Shown here: positions 37,812-47,829 of the stretch, in pieces
How positions within the stretch are numbered: position 1 is the first letter of the stretch
Layout of the letters: every line of letters starts with the position of its first letter
Assembly: GCA_965216635.1 (NCBI GenBank)
Contig: OZ244188.1
Span: 1,632,001 to 1,696,000, forward strand
From: a bacterium
Lineage (GTDB): Bacteria > SAR324 > XYD2-FULL-50-16 > G965216635
Direction of reading: 5' to 3'
DNA: 64,000 nucleotides
Program-made: the position numbers and the translations under genes
The notes under the pieces: generated by a model
The model's database searches: none
What the model saw: the letters and a program-made list of their open reading frames with translations, nothing else
Told to the model about the DNA's origin: nothing

Positions 37812-38564
37812 TTAATGTTCTAGGATTTGATTGAGGAACAGTTTTGTTCTATCCGATTTAGGTTTTTTGAAGAACAGTTCTGGTGTGTTTTTTTCTATAA
37901 TTTCTCCTTCGTCCATAAAAAGCACACAATCTGCCACCTGTCGTGCAAAACCCATTTCGTGGGTTACACAAATCATAGTCATCCCTTCTTTTGCCAGCAA
38001 AACCATCGTATCCAAAACCTCTGCTACCATTTCAGGATCTAGTGCGGAAGTTGGTTCGTCAAATAGCATGATTTTTGGAGACATACATAAAGAACGTGCA
38101 ATAGCTACTCTTTGTTGTTGCCCTCCCGAAAGTTGCCCCGGATATTTTAAAGCCTGTTCTGGAATACGAACTTTTTCCAAAAATTTCATAGCAATATCTT
38201 TAGCCTTTCCTTTGGGCATTTTTTTAACCCATATAGGACCTAAGGTACAGTTTTCCAAAACTGTGAGGTGAGGAAATAGATTGAATTGCTGAAAAACCAT
38301 CCCTACTTCGGTGCGGATTTTTTCAATTTTCTTTAAATTGTCGTCTAAAACCATATTGTCTACAGTAATTTTCCCTTCTTGGTGTGGTTCTAGTGCATTA
38401 ATGCACCTTATGAGTGTAGATTTACCAGAACCAGATGGTCCGCAGATTACTAATTTTTCTTGCGGTTTCACTGTTAAATTGATATTTTTTAAAACTTGAA
38501 AATCCTTACCAAACCATTTGTTGAGGTTTTCTATTTCTATGATGGATTCTTTATGTTCTTTCAT
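37812..38564 (-). CDS. aapP: General L-amino acid ABC transporter ATPase
   Basis: [31 protein letters not shown]. Confidence 0.9.
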   Translation of the reverse strand: MKEHKESIIEIENLNKWFGKDFQVLKNINLTVKPQEKLVICGPSGSGKSTLIRCINALEPHQEGKITVDNMVLDDNLKKIEKIRTEVGMVFQQFNLFPHLTVLENCTLGPIWVKKMPKGKAKDIAMKFLEKVRIPEQALKYPGQLSGGQQQRVAIARSLCMSPKIMLFDEPTSALDPEMVAEVLDTMVLLAKEGMTMICVTHEMGFARQVADCVLFMDEGEIIEKNTPELFFKKPKSDRTKLFLNQILEH

Positions 38565-38629
38565 AGTGTTTTATTGAAATTATAACTTACCTTGCGACTA
38601 TTGAACTAGAACGCCTAATTCTACAGTCT

Positions 38630-38940
38630 AGACTTTTGAATTTGCCAAATAGGACAAAACTAGCTGTTTAGCCAAAACAAGCTTATTGCTTTCACTATAT
38701 GCAGGCTATAGTAAAAGAGCCACTGGCTCTTTTACATTTCTTTTTGGAATTATGCAAGTTTTGTAGTGCCCTGATCACATTATTGTGGCACTACGCCATT
38801 GAAAAAAAATTTTTAACTCTTGCTCATTTGTGAAGAAATGCTCTTCAGTATTCCAGCGAGCTAAAAATTTTTTTCGCACCTGCTCTAACCATTTGGCTAG
38901 CCCCAATAGTGAGATAAGCATCAGCGAAATTCAAAGGTCT
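38630..38940. mobile_element. MITE with 7-bp TSD (ACAGTCT) inside the aap operon
   Basis: AGACTTTTGAATTT ... AAATTCAAAGGTCT; ACAGTCT at 38623-38629 and 38941-38947. Confidence 0.92.
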
Positions 38941-38946
38941 ACAGTC

Positions 38947-40035
38947 TTATCTTTTCCTAGATATATTTAATTTTCTTTCTACTTTCTTACTATACAGCGA
39001 CATTCCATAACAAAGGCAAAAGAAAACAAATGCTGTAAATACATATCCTGAAAAAGGCGTGGAAAAAGTTGCCCATTTAGGGTCTGAAATACCTGTTTGG
39101 ACGGCTCCAAGAAAATCTGTTAAGGCAATAATCAAAACTAATGTTGTATCTTTAAATAAACCAATAAAAGTATTAACAATGCCCGGAATAACGATTGTTA
39201 AGGCTTGAGGTAATATAATGCGTTTCATTTTCAGAAAATAGCTCAGCCCTAAAGAATCGGCTCCTTCGTATTGTCCTTTCGAGATTCCTTGCAATCCTCC
39301 TCTAATCACTTCTGCCATATAGGCACTAGCAAACATCACATAACCTATTAAAGCTCTAGTGAGAACATCTATCTGCACATCACCTAAAAAAAGAGGAAGC
39401 ATTACCGATGCCATAAAAAGTATTGTGATTAAAGGAACTCCTCTCCAAAATTCTATAAAAACAATACATATAGTTTTAACCAAAGGCAGCTCAGATCTCC
39501 TACCAAGAGCTAATAAAATACCAAAAGGTAAAGAAAAAATAATGCCTACTAGGCCTATGATAACAGTAAGTGTCAATCCTCCCCATAAACTGGTTGAAAC
39601 AGCAGGAAAAATGTTAATTCCAAAAATTCTGCCTTTCAAAAAAATAAAAGCAATAATGGGAAATATAAACAGAGTAAATACAATAACGTATTTTTTAAAA
39701 GGTGTTTTATCTACTACTAGCCAAGCAATACACAAAACAAGAATTACCCCTAGAACATCTACTCTCCATCTTTGATCAATAGGATAAAATCCGTAGGCAA
39801 AAAAATTGAGTTTAGCCGCGACAAAGGGCCAACAGGCTCCTCCTATATTTTGACGGCATGCCTCTATTCCTCCCGACCAAACTGCATTAGTAATAGCCCA
39901 GGATGCTAAAGAGGGAACAATCAAATAAAACAGGTAGCCCACAAGCAATGTTAAGCAGGTATTGAAAGGAGAGGAAAAAAAATTTTGCTTCACCCAACTG
40001 ATAGGGTCAAATTTTTCTTGTAAAGGTGTTTTCAT
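38947..40035 (-). CDS. aapM: Amino acid ABC transporter permease
   Basis: GACW, WGGLTLT, LALGRRS, RGVPLITILF, AEVIRGGLQ. Confidence 0.88.
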   Translation of the reverse strand: MKTPLQEKFDPISWVKQNFFSSPFNTCLTLLVGYLFYLIVPSLASWAITNAVWSGGIEACRQNIGGACWPFVAAKLNFFAYGFYPIDQRWRVDVLGVILVLCIAWLVVDKTPFKKYVIVFTLFIFPIIAFIFLKGRIFGINIFPAVSTSLWGGLTLTVIIGLVGIIFSLPFGILLALGRRSELPLVKTICIVFIEFWRGVPLITILFMASVMLPLFLGDVQIDVLTRALIGYVMFASAYMAEVIRGGLQGISKGQYEGADSLGLSYFLKMKRIILPQALTIVIPGIVNTFIGLFKDTTLVLIIALTDFLGAVQTGISDPKWATFSTPFSGYVFTAFVFFCLCYGMSLYSKKVERKLNISRKR

Positions 40036-40037
40036 TT

Positions 40038-41225
40038 TTATCTTTCTTGTAAAAGTTTCTTGGCATTATACCAATTTAAAAACACAGAAGTCAGTATGCT
40101 CAACAAAAGATAAATTGCCATAGTAATTCCAATGATTTCTAAGGCTTGTCCTGTTTGGTTAAGCACTGTGCCAGCAAAAACAGATACAATATCGGGATAG
40201 GCGATAGCAGCTGCCAAAGAAGAATTTTTAATAAGATTTAAGTGTTGGCTAATCAAAGGAGGGATAATGATTTTTAAAGCCTGAGGGACTAAAATTAATT
40301 TTATAGTTTTGCCTTTGCTTAAACCAATAGAATCAGCTGCTTCTGTTTGTCCTTGATTTATGGCTTGAATACCACTGCGAACTATCTCTGCAATAAAAGA
40401 AGCGGTGTAAATAGAGAGGGCAAGAAGAAGGCTAATAAATTCGGGGATAATTACAAGTCCACCTTCCAGTTCGTATTTTCCCATTTCTGCATGGCTGGTA
40501 GAAAGAGGGATTTCGCCTTGAAAAAGACTAGTCAAAGCCAGAACTAAAAGAGGTACTCCAAATAGAGTCAATACAGAGAGTCTGAAAACAGCAATTTCTT
40601 TGCCCGTTGTTTCTTTTAATTTGCTGCCGTATTTTTTAATCATAAAAACCGCTATAATAGCAACAAGAATACTAATCAAAAAATATCCAGCTCCTGCTTC
40701 TGGGATTATTTTGGGGAGATAAACTCCACGGTTGTTAATACTAAATGCAATTATATCTCCTTGTTGATAGAGACTTCTAGGACCAGGTAGGGGTTTTAAA
40801 ACGGCGTGATACCAAAAAAATATTTGTAATAAAAGAGGAACATTTCTAAAAAGTTCTACATAAGCTGAAGCTAACTTTGCTATTAAAAAATTTTTGGATA
40901 ATTTAGCTATACCTATGAAAAAGCCAAGAAATGTGGCTAGTAAAATGCCGATTGCAGCTACTAAAATAGTGTTTAGTGCGCCTACTACAAAAGCTCTCCC
41001 ATAACTAAGGGCTGGATGATATTCAATTAAAGATTGTGCAATACTAAAACCGGCGGGTTGGCTTAAAAAACTAAATCCAGTAGAAATACCACGACTTCGG
41101 ACAGCACTTAAAGTATTTTGGAAAATGAACCAAAAAAGAAGAACTAAGAGAAGCGCCAGTGTGATTTGGTAAAGGATTGCTCTAAATTTCTTATCGTATA
41201 TTCTTTTCTGCAGGTTGGCTATCAT
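40038..41225 (-). CDS. aapQ: Amino acid ABC transporter permease
   Basis: GFSFL..PAGFSI, FRNVPLLLQIFFWY, FIAEIVRSGI, KNSSLA. Confidence 0.88.
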   Translation of the reverse strand: MIANLQKRIYDKKFRAILYQITLALLLVLLFWFIFQNTLSAVRSRGISTGFSFLSQPAGFSIAQSLIEYHPALSYGRAFVVGALNTILVAAIGILLATFLGFFIGIAKLSKNFLIAKLASAYVELFRNVPLLLQIFFWYHAVLKPLPGPRSLYQQGDIIAFSINNRGVYLPKIIPEAGAGYFLISILVAIIAVFMIKKYGSKLKETTGKEIAVFRLSVLTLFGVPLLVLALTSLFQGEIPLSTSHAEMGKYELEGGLVIIPEFISLLLALSIYTASFIAEIVRSGIQAINQGQTEAADSIGLSKGKTIKLILVPQALKIIIPPLISQHLNLIKNSSLAAAIAYPDIVSVFAGTVLNQTGQALEIIGITMAIYLLLSILTSVFLNWYNAKKLLQER

Positions 41226-41259
41226 GAGCGGATAAATTTAGAAAGATAGGTTAAAATAA

Positions 41260-41291
41260 AAAAATCCGCCTTTGTTAAACAAAAGCGGATC
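41260..41291 (-). terminator. Intrinsic terminator/stabilising hairpin after aapJ
   Basis: ATCCGCcTTTG-loop-CAAAaGCGGAT stem followed by a T-run on the minus strand. Confidence 0.65.
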
Positions 41292-41310
41292 TTAAAAATA
41301 GATAACTATT

Positions 41311-42330
41311 TTATCTAATAGGGGGGGAGTATAAAATACCACCTTTATTCCATAGTCTATTGATACCACGGCTTAGTCCAATAGGATTGATATTTCTATC
41401 AAAGCTTTCTTGGTAATTTCCAACTTGGGAAATAATGTTGTAAGCCCAGTCTGGATTTAGCCCAATATTTTGAGATAAATCTCCACTTTGTCCAAGTAAT
41501 CTCTGAATTTCAGGGTTTTCTGAATTGTCTCTTAGAGAAGCGACATTACTAGAATTGATACCAAGTTCTTCAGCTACAATCATAGCATTTAGAACCCATT
41601 TATTTAAGTTAAACCAGCCATCATCACCTTGTCTAACAGCAGGCCCTAAAGGCTCCTTAGAAATGGTATTTGGTAAAACCATATGTTCACTTGGATCAGC
41701 AAGTTTAGATTTTTGAGCAGCTAAAGCAGATCTATCAGTAGTATAAACATCACAACGACCTTTATCATAAGCAGCAACTACTTCATCTGCTTTTTCAAAT
41801 GCAATGAGTTGATGCTTTAGTTTGTTAGAAGTGAAGTAATCTGTAGCATTTAACTCAGTAGTGGTTCCAGTATTTGTACAAACAGAAGCTCCACCAAGTT
41901 CCAATCCATCTTTCACACCTAAAGATTTACGAACCATAAAGCCCTGTCCATCGTAATAATTCACTCCTACAAAGTTAATACCTAAAGAAGTATCTCTATC
42001 AAAAGTCCAAGTAGTGTTTCTAGATAAAATATCTATCTCACCACTAGACAATGCTGTAAAACGCACTTTAGCTGAAAGAGGTTTGAACTCTACTTTAGAA
42101 GAGTCTCCCAAAACTGCTGCAGCTACTGCGCGACAAAAATCCACATCCAATCCAGTCCATTGACCCTGATCGTCAGCATTAGAAAAACCAGGTAGGCCCT
42201 GAGATACACCACATTGCAATATACCTCTACTTTGTACTTCTTTAAGTGTTTTACTTCCGCCTTCATCTTTAGATCCGCAAGAAGCAAGAAGACCTAAAAC
42301 AGTCACCAATATCAATAATTTTCTTATCAT
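41311..42330 (-). CDS. aapJ: Amino acid ABC transporter substrate-binding lipoprotein
   Basis: LLASC lipobox, CGVSQGLPGFS, GLDVDFCRAVAAA, SRNTTWT, ISKEPLGPAVR, VGNY. Confidence 0.92.
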   Translation of the reverse strand: MIRKLLILVTVLGLLASCGSKDEGGSKTLKEVQSRGILQCGVSQGLPGFSNADDQGQWTGLDVDFCRAVAAAVLGDSSKVEFKPLSAKVRFTALSSGEIDILSRNTTWTFDRDTSLGINFVGVNYYDGQGFMVRKSLGVKDGLELGGASVCTNTGTTTELNATDYFTSNKLKHQLIAFEKADEVVAAYDKGRCDVYTTDRSALAAQKSKLADPSEHMVLPNTISKEPLGPAVRQGDDGWFNLNKWVLNAMIVAEELGINSSNVASLRDNSENPEIQRLLGQSGDLSQNIGLNPDWAYNIISQVGNYQESFDRNINPIGLSRGINRLWNKGGILYSPPIR

Positions 42331-42369
42331 TTTTTTAAAAAATTAAGGTTAATAATAGAAATTAACGAC

Positions 42370-42398
42370 ATCCTACACAAAAACAAATATTTTGTCAA
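42370..42398 (-). promoter_or_regulatory. Putative sigma70 promoter of the aap operon
   Basis: TTGACA-17 bp-TAGGAT on the minus strand. Confidence 0.55.
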
Positions 42399-42475
42399 GT
42401 ATTTTTTTGAGAATAATAACAATAATAAAAAAAATATTATTTTTACCTTGATAATACAAGGTTTATATGGGATAA

Positions 42476-42654
42476 AGACCTTTGAATTAGCGTTCTGTTT
42501 AGCCTATGCAGCGCTAAAAAAAAAATTTAATTCTTGCCATTTGTGAAGAAATGCTCTTCAGTATTCCTACAAACTAAAATTTTTTTCGCACTTTTCTAAC
42601 CATTTAGCTAGCCGTCACAGCTAGTTTTGTTCTATTTGGCAAATTCAAAGCTCT
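42476..42654. mobile_element. MITE
   Basis: AGACCTTTGAATTAGCG ... GCAAATTCAAAGCTCT; no TSD. Confidence 0.85.
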
Positions 42655-42819
42655 ATTGGTTTTAATCTTTAGGTATTTAGAAAAAATTTTAAGAGGGTCT
42701 GCTCTTTTTTCAATTTTAACAATAAAAGTAAAAAAAGTTTTATTTGCTGATTTATTCTCCCTCCCGAGTCCGAGCCACAAGGCTCGGGCATCAATAGCCA
42801 ATAATTCTCAAAAAGACAC

Positions 42820-42848
42820 TTGACAAAACCGATCTTTTTTAGTATCAT
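42820..42848 (+). promoter_or_regulatory. Putative sigma70 promoter
   Basis: TTGACA-17 bp-TATCAT, only 6 bp before ATG 42855 (possibly leaderless). Confidence 0.55.
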
Positions 42849-42854
42849 CATATT

Positions 42855-43085
42855 ATGAATGACAAAATTAAAGAAAAACTAGCTAATTTAAGACAATGGT
42901 TTTTATTGTTAATACTAGCAGTTTTTGGTATTGCTGGATGGATTTTTACTAATGAAGTAATCACTATAAAAACTTATATTGCTTATATTAGTGGTTTGTT
43001 TTTTTTGGTGATGGCTTTAGTCTTTCAAATAAAAATTATAAAAAACATAAATAAAATTAAAAATGGAAATAATAATAATAGCTAG
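42855..43085 (+). CDS. Small two-TM membrane protein
   Basis: Two hydrophobic helices; promoter directly upstream. Confidence 0.6.
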   Translation: MNDKIKEKLANLRQWFLLLILAVFGIAGWIFTNEVITIKTYIAYISGLFFLVMALVFQIKIIKNINKIKNGNNNNS

Positions 43086-43137
43086 TTTACCTCTTGGTAT
43101 CTTTTTACTTGGGCTTTATGTGGCTATAAAACTATAA
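43063..43137 (+). CDS. Hydrophobic micropeptide (24 aa) MEIIIIASLPLGIFLLGLYVAIKL
   Basis: Manual translation; overlaps the end of the previous gene. Confidence 0.35.
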   Translation: MEIIIIASLPLGIFLLGLYVAIKL

Positions 43138-43138
43138 G

Positions 43139-43279
43139 AAACTATTGAATTAGACATTCTAGTTCAGCTATACTGCGTTGCTCAAATTTTTTATCACTCA
43201 AAATACTTCAGTATTCCTCTTGGGTAAAAAATTTTTGCGCCTTGTCTAGCTTTCCTATAATGCTAAAGTTCAACAGTCT
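43139..43279. mobile_element. Diverged MITE subfamily copy
   Basis: Ends AAACTATTGAATT / AGTTCAACAGTCT, internal AATACTTCAGTATT core, near-TSD CTATAAG/CTATAAT. Confidence 0.6.
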
Positions 43280-43284
43280 CTATA

Positions 43285-43368
43285 ATGTTTATGCTTATAC
43301 CATTTGGAATGGTTGCACTTCTTTTTGGATTTATAACTATTCATAGTTGTTTTTTTGATAACGACTAA
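43285..43368 (+). CDS. Hydrophobic micropeptide (27 aa) MFMLIPFGMVALLFGFITIHSCFFDND
   Basis: Manual translation; paralogous to 43397..43444. Confidence 0.4.
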   Translation: MFMLIPFGMVALLFGFITIHSCFFDND

Positions 43369-43396
43369 ATTTATTAAAGTTATTAAGGAGTTATAA

Positions 43397-43444
43397 ATGT
43401 TTATACCTATTCCTTTTGGTATAATTGCTTTACTTTTAGGCTAG
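43397..43444 (+). CDS. Hydrophobic micropeptide (15 aa) MFIPIPFGIIALLLG
   Basis: AAGGAG RBS at 43385-43390; in-frame MVFYPLD* follows the TAG. Confidence 0.4.
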   Translation: MFIPIPFGIIALLLG

Positions 43445-43586
43445 ATGGTTTTTTATCCTTTAGACTAGTTTTTTTCCTTTCCCCTCCCAAATCCGAGCTA
43501 CAAGGATCAGATAATTCTTTTTTTAAAAAAAATATCCCCTACAACGCCGCATAGACTAAACCAGATAAGCTATTGTTAAAGAGTAT

Positions 43587-45833
43587 TCACAGATTCTTTG
43601 AGGCAAGCAATTTCTTAGTAGCCTTAACTCTAATAATAGCATCCTTTTTTTCTGGAGTATTTTCTTTAGTATTGGCAACGAATTGGTAGTGTTTTAATGC
43701 AAACTGCCAATTTTCCTGAGAACGATAAATTTTTCCTAGCCTATAGTGTATCAGTCGGTACCACTTATTTTCTATTGTAGTTAGCTCTGCTGTAGCTGTT
43801 AAAATTTGAATTGCTTTTGCTAGTTGATTTTGTACTATCTCAATTTCTGCTAAAAGATAATTTGCCTCAAAATAAAAATTCATTTCCCTTATAGATACTT
43901 GGTGGGTTAACTCTTTTTGTGATTTTTTTGCAATTTCTAAATTTTTCACCATTTCTAATAGCCGATTTTTAGCTTGAGCGGGTTGGTTATCTTGAAAATA
44001 ATATTTTGCGATAGTTAGTTTAAGAGCAACTTGATTTTCTGGTGGAATGATTTCTAAAAGCTGTTCGTAAATCTTCGCTATTTTGGAATATTCTTTTTTG
44101 CTTTTGTGAATGAGAATTATTTTTTGTGCTAGTCTTATTTTCTGCGCTTTGTCCTGTACTAAATCAAAAGCGTTGTAGTAGCTCGCTTGAGGATCTTGCT
44201 CTAATTCCATTTGAGAGATAGCTAGAAATTCCCAATTTCTCCAGTCTTTGGGTGTTTGATCTTTAGTTGAAAAATATTTTTCCTGTTTTTGAGCGAACTT
44301 TTCCCATTCTTTAGCGTAATAATAATAAAGTAGGCTATTTTGCTCTATTTGTTTTTGCTCTGTTTCACTAAAAACCAAGTCAAAAATTTTAGTATCTTTT
44401 GCAAAAGATTGAAGCCTTTGAAAAAATTGCGAGTTCTCTTTTTCTTTTTTTAAGTTTCCCAGTGCTTGAGAAATAAAAGCTGAAGTGGACAGCGTTATTT
44501 CTTTGAAGTGAAAAGGTATTTTTTTAAAATAAGAAAAAGATTTTTGCCAATGGTTTAGATTAAGGTAACATTTTCCTGCAAAAAAATTTTCTTTCGCTTG
44601 CGTGATTTCATCCAATTTCAAAAAACTAAACTCGTTATCCACAAAAAGTTTCGCAACCAAATTACAATTTTTATTCTTTTGATAAAATTCTATAACCTGT
44701 AGGCTCAATTCCTGTTTATCTTTTAAATAATCTTGCAATTCTATTGCTTGGATAAAAATCTTTTCCGTTTGTGTTTTTGCGCTACGATATTTAGGCAGTT
44801 GCAATAGCTGGATATAGTTAAAAACAAGATTTTTGTTTTTAAAATACGCACCATTTTTTAAAAGTAGATTGTATTCTTCCAAAGATTCTGAATATTTTTT
44901 CTGGCTTGCATAAATATTTGCCAAGTAAAGACGACTATGGAAGATACTTTGCCAAGGATTATTAGATTTGTGTTTTGTAAGATAAATTTCTGCTTCTTTT
45001 CGCAATTTTTCTGTTACCTGTTCTGGATGCTGATTGAATTCAGAAAGAGAATTTTTGTATAGGGCTTCGCCTATAAAAAAATCTAAGTAAATCAATAAAG
45101 GCTTTTCTTTGAAATTTGTGGAATAAAGAGTAAAGAAAAAATACTTTTCTAAAGCAATTTGGGGCTTTTTATTTTTAAAATCTCGCTCTGCTAAAAACCG
45201 CACTAAAGCTAGTTTTTGTATGTTTTGTAGAGAATTTTTATCTAAAATTTTGATAAATTCTTTGAAAGAAATATTTTTTTTTTGTAGAAGTGATAAAAAT
45301 TTTCTTTGGTTTTTACTAAAAAACTTTCGCGGAGTTTTTTGTAAAATTCGTCTGACTCTGTCTATATCACCTTGAAAAATGGCAATAAGTATTTGGTAAT
45401 AGGATGCCTGTATTCTTATAGATTCGGATTCTTTGCTAGATTCAAAACTGTCTTTTTGAATAAATTCAAAAAAACTATTGCTTAAGTTTAGTTGGTGTAA
45501 AAAAAAATAATTTTTTGCTTGCGTAAAAAAAATATGCTCCTGATCTTTTGGGTTGAATAGATGGAGTGGAATTTTACTCAGACTTTTTTGGGATTCTTGA
45601 TGTTTTTGAATTTTAAAAAAAGTATGTCCTTGAAAAAAAAAACTTTTTTTCAAAAGAAGGCTATGCTGGTAGTTTTTTTCTAACCAATCTATTTCTAACA
45701 AAACCAGACGGTAGAGTTTATCTTCGTAAAGTTTTTGAATAAGCTCTAAACTTTTTGTTTCCTGTAGACTAGGAATAGCAAACAAAGAAGAGCTAAAGAA
45801 AAAAATAAAAATGGATAGTATAAGTTTTCTCAT
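43587..45833 (-). CDS. Secreted TPR-repeat protein
   Basis: Signal peptide; TPR-like helices (YLANIY..QKKY.ESL..Y, YRLGKIY..QENW..AL..Y). Confidence 0.7.
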   Translation of the reverse strand: MRKLILSIFIFFFSSSLFAIPSLQETKSLELIQKLYEDKLYRLVLLEIDWLEKNYQHSLLLKKSFFFQGHTFFKIQKHQESQKSLSKIPLHLFNPKDQEHIFFTQAKNYFFLHQLNLSNSFFEFIQKDSFESSKESESIRIQASYYQILIAIFQGDIDRVRRILQKTPRKFFSKNQRKFLSLLQKKNISFKEFIKILDKNSLQNIQKLALVRFLAERDFKNKKPQIALEKYFFFTLYSTNFKEKPLLIYLDFFIGEALYKNSLSEFNQHPEQVTEKLRKEAEIYLTKHKSNNPWQSIFHSRLYLANIYASQKKYSESLEEYNLLLKNGAYFKNKNLVFNYIQLLQLPKYRSAKTQTEKIFIQAIELQDYLKDKQELSLQVIEFYQKNKNCNLVAKLFVDNEFSFLKLDEITQAKENFFAGKCYLNLNHWQKSFSYFKKIPFHFKEITLSTSAFISQALGNLKKEKENSQFFQRLQSFAKDTKIFDLVFSETEQKQIEQNSLLYYYYAKEWEKFAQKQEKYFSTKDQTPKDWRNWEFLAISQMELEQDPQASYYNAFDLVQDKAQKIRLAQKIILIHKSKKEYSKIAKIYEQLLEIIPPENQVALKLTIAKYYFQDNQPAQAKNRLLEMVKNLEIAKKSQKELTHQVSIREMNFYFEANYLLAEIEIVQNQLAKAIQILTATAELTTIENKWYRLIHYRLGKIYRSQENWQFALKHYQFVANTKENTPEKKDAIIRVKATKKLLASKNL

Positions 45834-45840
45834 ATATTTT

Positions 45841-47028
45841 TTAAAACTCCCCCCTAGTTCCTAACTCAAAAATCGGAAGATAAACAGCCAAAAAAATTAA
45901 AAGAATAACACAAGAAGCAATCAAAATAATTACCGAATGCAAAATTCTCCCTATCCATTTTGTTTTAGATTCAAATTTTTGCTGCCAAAATTTATAGATA
46001 TTTACAAAGCCCACTTCTAAGTCTCCCGATTTTTCTGCTATGTTTAAAAAAAGAGAAAATTCCTTCCAATAAAAATTTACTTTTTTACAGGCTTCACTAA
46101 AGGCTTCTCCTTTGTGAAGCGAGGCGATAATTTTTTGCAGTTTATTTTTATTTTCTTTTGCAAGCATACTGGAGACTATTCTTAAACTAGAATCCAAAGG
46201 CATGGCTTGACTCAACAAAATACTCATAGAGTAGGCGAACAAAAAGGGGTCTAGTAGATGCTGTCTTAACCTCGCTACAACATAATGCACTAGGTTTAAG
46301 GGATTGAGCCAGTGAATAGAACTGTACTTTTTCAATAACAATAGTATAACTAGAATACTGAGCATCGCTAGATAATTACTTCGCAAACCATCAGACAACC
46401 AAACAGCAATTTTAGTCAAAACAGGTAAATCAGTCCCATAAATACGATAAATTCCTTGAAACAAAGGAATGAGTGCAAAAAGCACTAACAAAACTAAAGC
46501 AAAGGTAAATCCTAAAACAAACAAAGGATAGTTGATAATTTCTTGCAATTTTTTCCTGCGTAGCTCCATTTTTTCGTAAAAATCTAAACAATCTTGTAAG
46601 CCTTTTTCTAGATTTCCTCCAGCCTGAGCGAGTCTAACCATAGAAAGAAAAAAAGCGGGGAAATTTTTGCTTAAAACTGCAAATGAATCTTTTAAACTCT
46701 CTCCCCTATGAAGTCTGTAATGTAGTAGACAGCAAATATATCGCAAAAGCGGACTTTTGAATTGTCCAAATAATTCGGCTAGTGCTTCTTGGAAAGAAAT
46801 GCCTGTTCTTAAAAAAGAAAGCATACTTTGAATGAAAAAAATCAATTCTGTTGTGGAGATCTCTTTGTGGCGAACCGCAGCGGGAATGTTTTCTATTCTG
46901 GACTGTGCAATTCCTTGCTGATTTAAAAATTGCCTGATTTTTTTTTGATTATGGCTGAGCTGGTAACCAAATTCTCTTTTGTAAGAGTAAAGATTGATTC
47001 CTTGCCAAATATAAAATTTTTGAAACAT
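45841..47028 (-). CDS. Type II secretion system F family / PilC-like platform protein
   Basis: FLRTGI, GESLKDSF, FPAFFLSMV..AQAGGNL, INYP, AEKSGDL, AVYLPIF. Confidence 0.88.
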   Translation of the reverse strand: MFQKFYIWQGINLYSYKREFGYQLSHNQKKIRQFLNQQGIAQSRIENIPAAVRHKEISTTELIFFIQSMLSFLRTGISFQEALAELFGQFKSPLLRYICCLLHYRLHRGESLKDSFAVLSKNFPAFFLSMVRLAQAGGNLEKGLQDCLDFYEKMELRRKKLQEIINYPLFVLGFTFALVLLVLFALIPLFQGIYRIYGTDLPVLTKIAVWLSDGLRSNYLAMLSILVILLLLKKYSSIHWLNPLNLVHYVVARLRQHLLDPFLFAYSMSILLSQAMPLDSSLRIVSSMLAKENKNKLQKIIASLHKGEAFSEACKKVNFYWKEFSLFLNIAEKSGDLEVGFVNIYKFWQQKFESKTKWIGRILHSVIILIASCVILLIFLAVYLPIFELGTRGEF

Positions 47029-47158
47029 TTTTTTGTTTTCTGATATTAGTTTCTTAATTTAAACGACGAATACCACAATCTAAATATATCCTTAAACTAT
47101 GGAAAAACAAAGAAAAAGCATTTTTTGTGTGTTTTTTTTAAATGTATTATTTTTTTTC

Positions 47159-47187
47159 TTGACAGTTTATTTTAAAAAAGTTATAAA
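47159..47187 (+). promoter_or_regulatory. Putative sigma70 promoter of the lipoprotein operon
   Basis: TTGACA-17 bp-TATAAA. Confidence 0.6.
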
Positions 47188-47230
47188 GGTCTTTTGTTTT
47201 ATCCTAATTATAACTAATTTATTTTAAACT

Positions 47231-47809
47231 ATGAAAAAATATATGATTTTCCTATTTGTTGTAGGAATTTTGACTGCTTGTGGCAGTAAAAAAGTTGAAG
47301 TTGATCCAGAACCAACAGGCGTTGGTTTAGAAGAATACCCAGCTTGGGTGATTGATCCAAAAATAGAAGGAGGCATTGCAGCAAGTGAGTGTATCCCTTG
47401 GTCTGGTAATCTTTCTATTGATAAAGCCCAAGTAACAGCTCAAGCAAGAGCTACCCTAGCCAAACAATTAGAGGTTCGTGTGTCTGTTTTAGATAAAACC
47501 TATATTGAAAGAACAGATGCAGCAGGAAAAACTGTTACTGGTAGTTCTTTTTCTTCTGTATCTAAACAGCTAACAGACCAACATTTGAGAGGCTCTCGTT
47601 TATCTAAAATATCTAATGTTCCTATAGACGGCGTAAGGAATCTTTGTGGTATGATTACTATAGATCCTAAGAGAACTGAAGAAATATTCCAAGAAATTTT
47701 GGATGCTTCTAACAGACCTGTGTCTGCTCAAGATAAGGATATTCTTTATCAAGAATTCAAAGCCTATAAGGCTCAACAAGATTTAGATAAAGCTCTTGAG
47801 CAAAACTAG
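47231..47809 (+). CDS. LPP20-like lipoprotein
   Basis: LTAC lipobox, PAWV, AQARATLAKQL. Confidence 0.75.
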   Translation: MKKYMIFLFVVGILTACGSKKVEVDPEPTGVGLEEYPAWVIDPKIEGGIAASECIPWSGNLSIDKAQVTAQARATLAKQLEVRVSVLDKTYIERTDAAGKTVTGSSFSSVSKQLTDQHLRGSRLSKISNVPIDGVRNLCGMITIDPKRTEEIFQEILDASNRPVSAQDKDILYQEFKAYKAQQDLDKALEQN

Positions 47810-47829
47810 ATTGCCGGATTCTAACTAAA

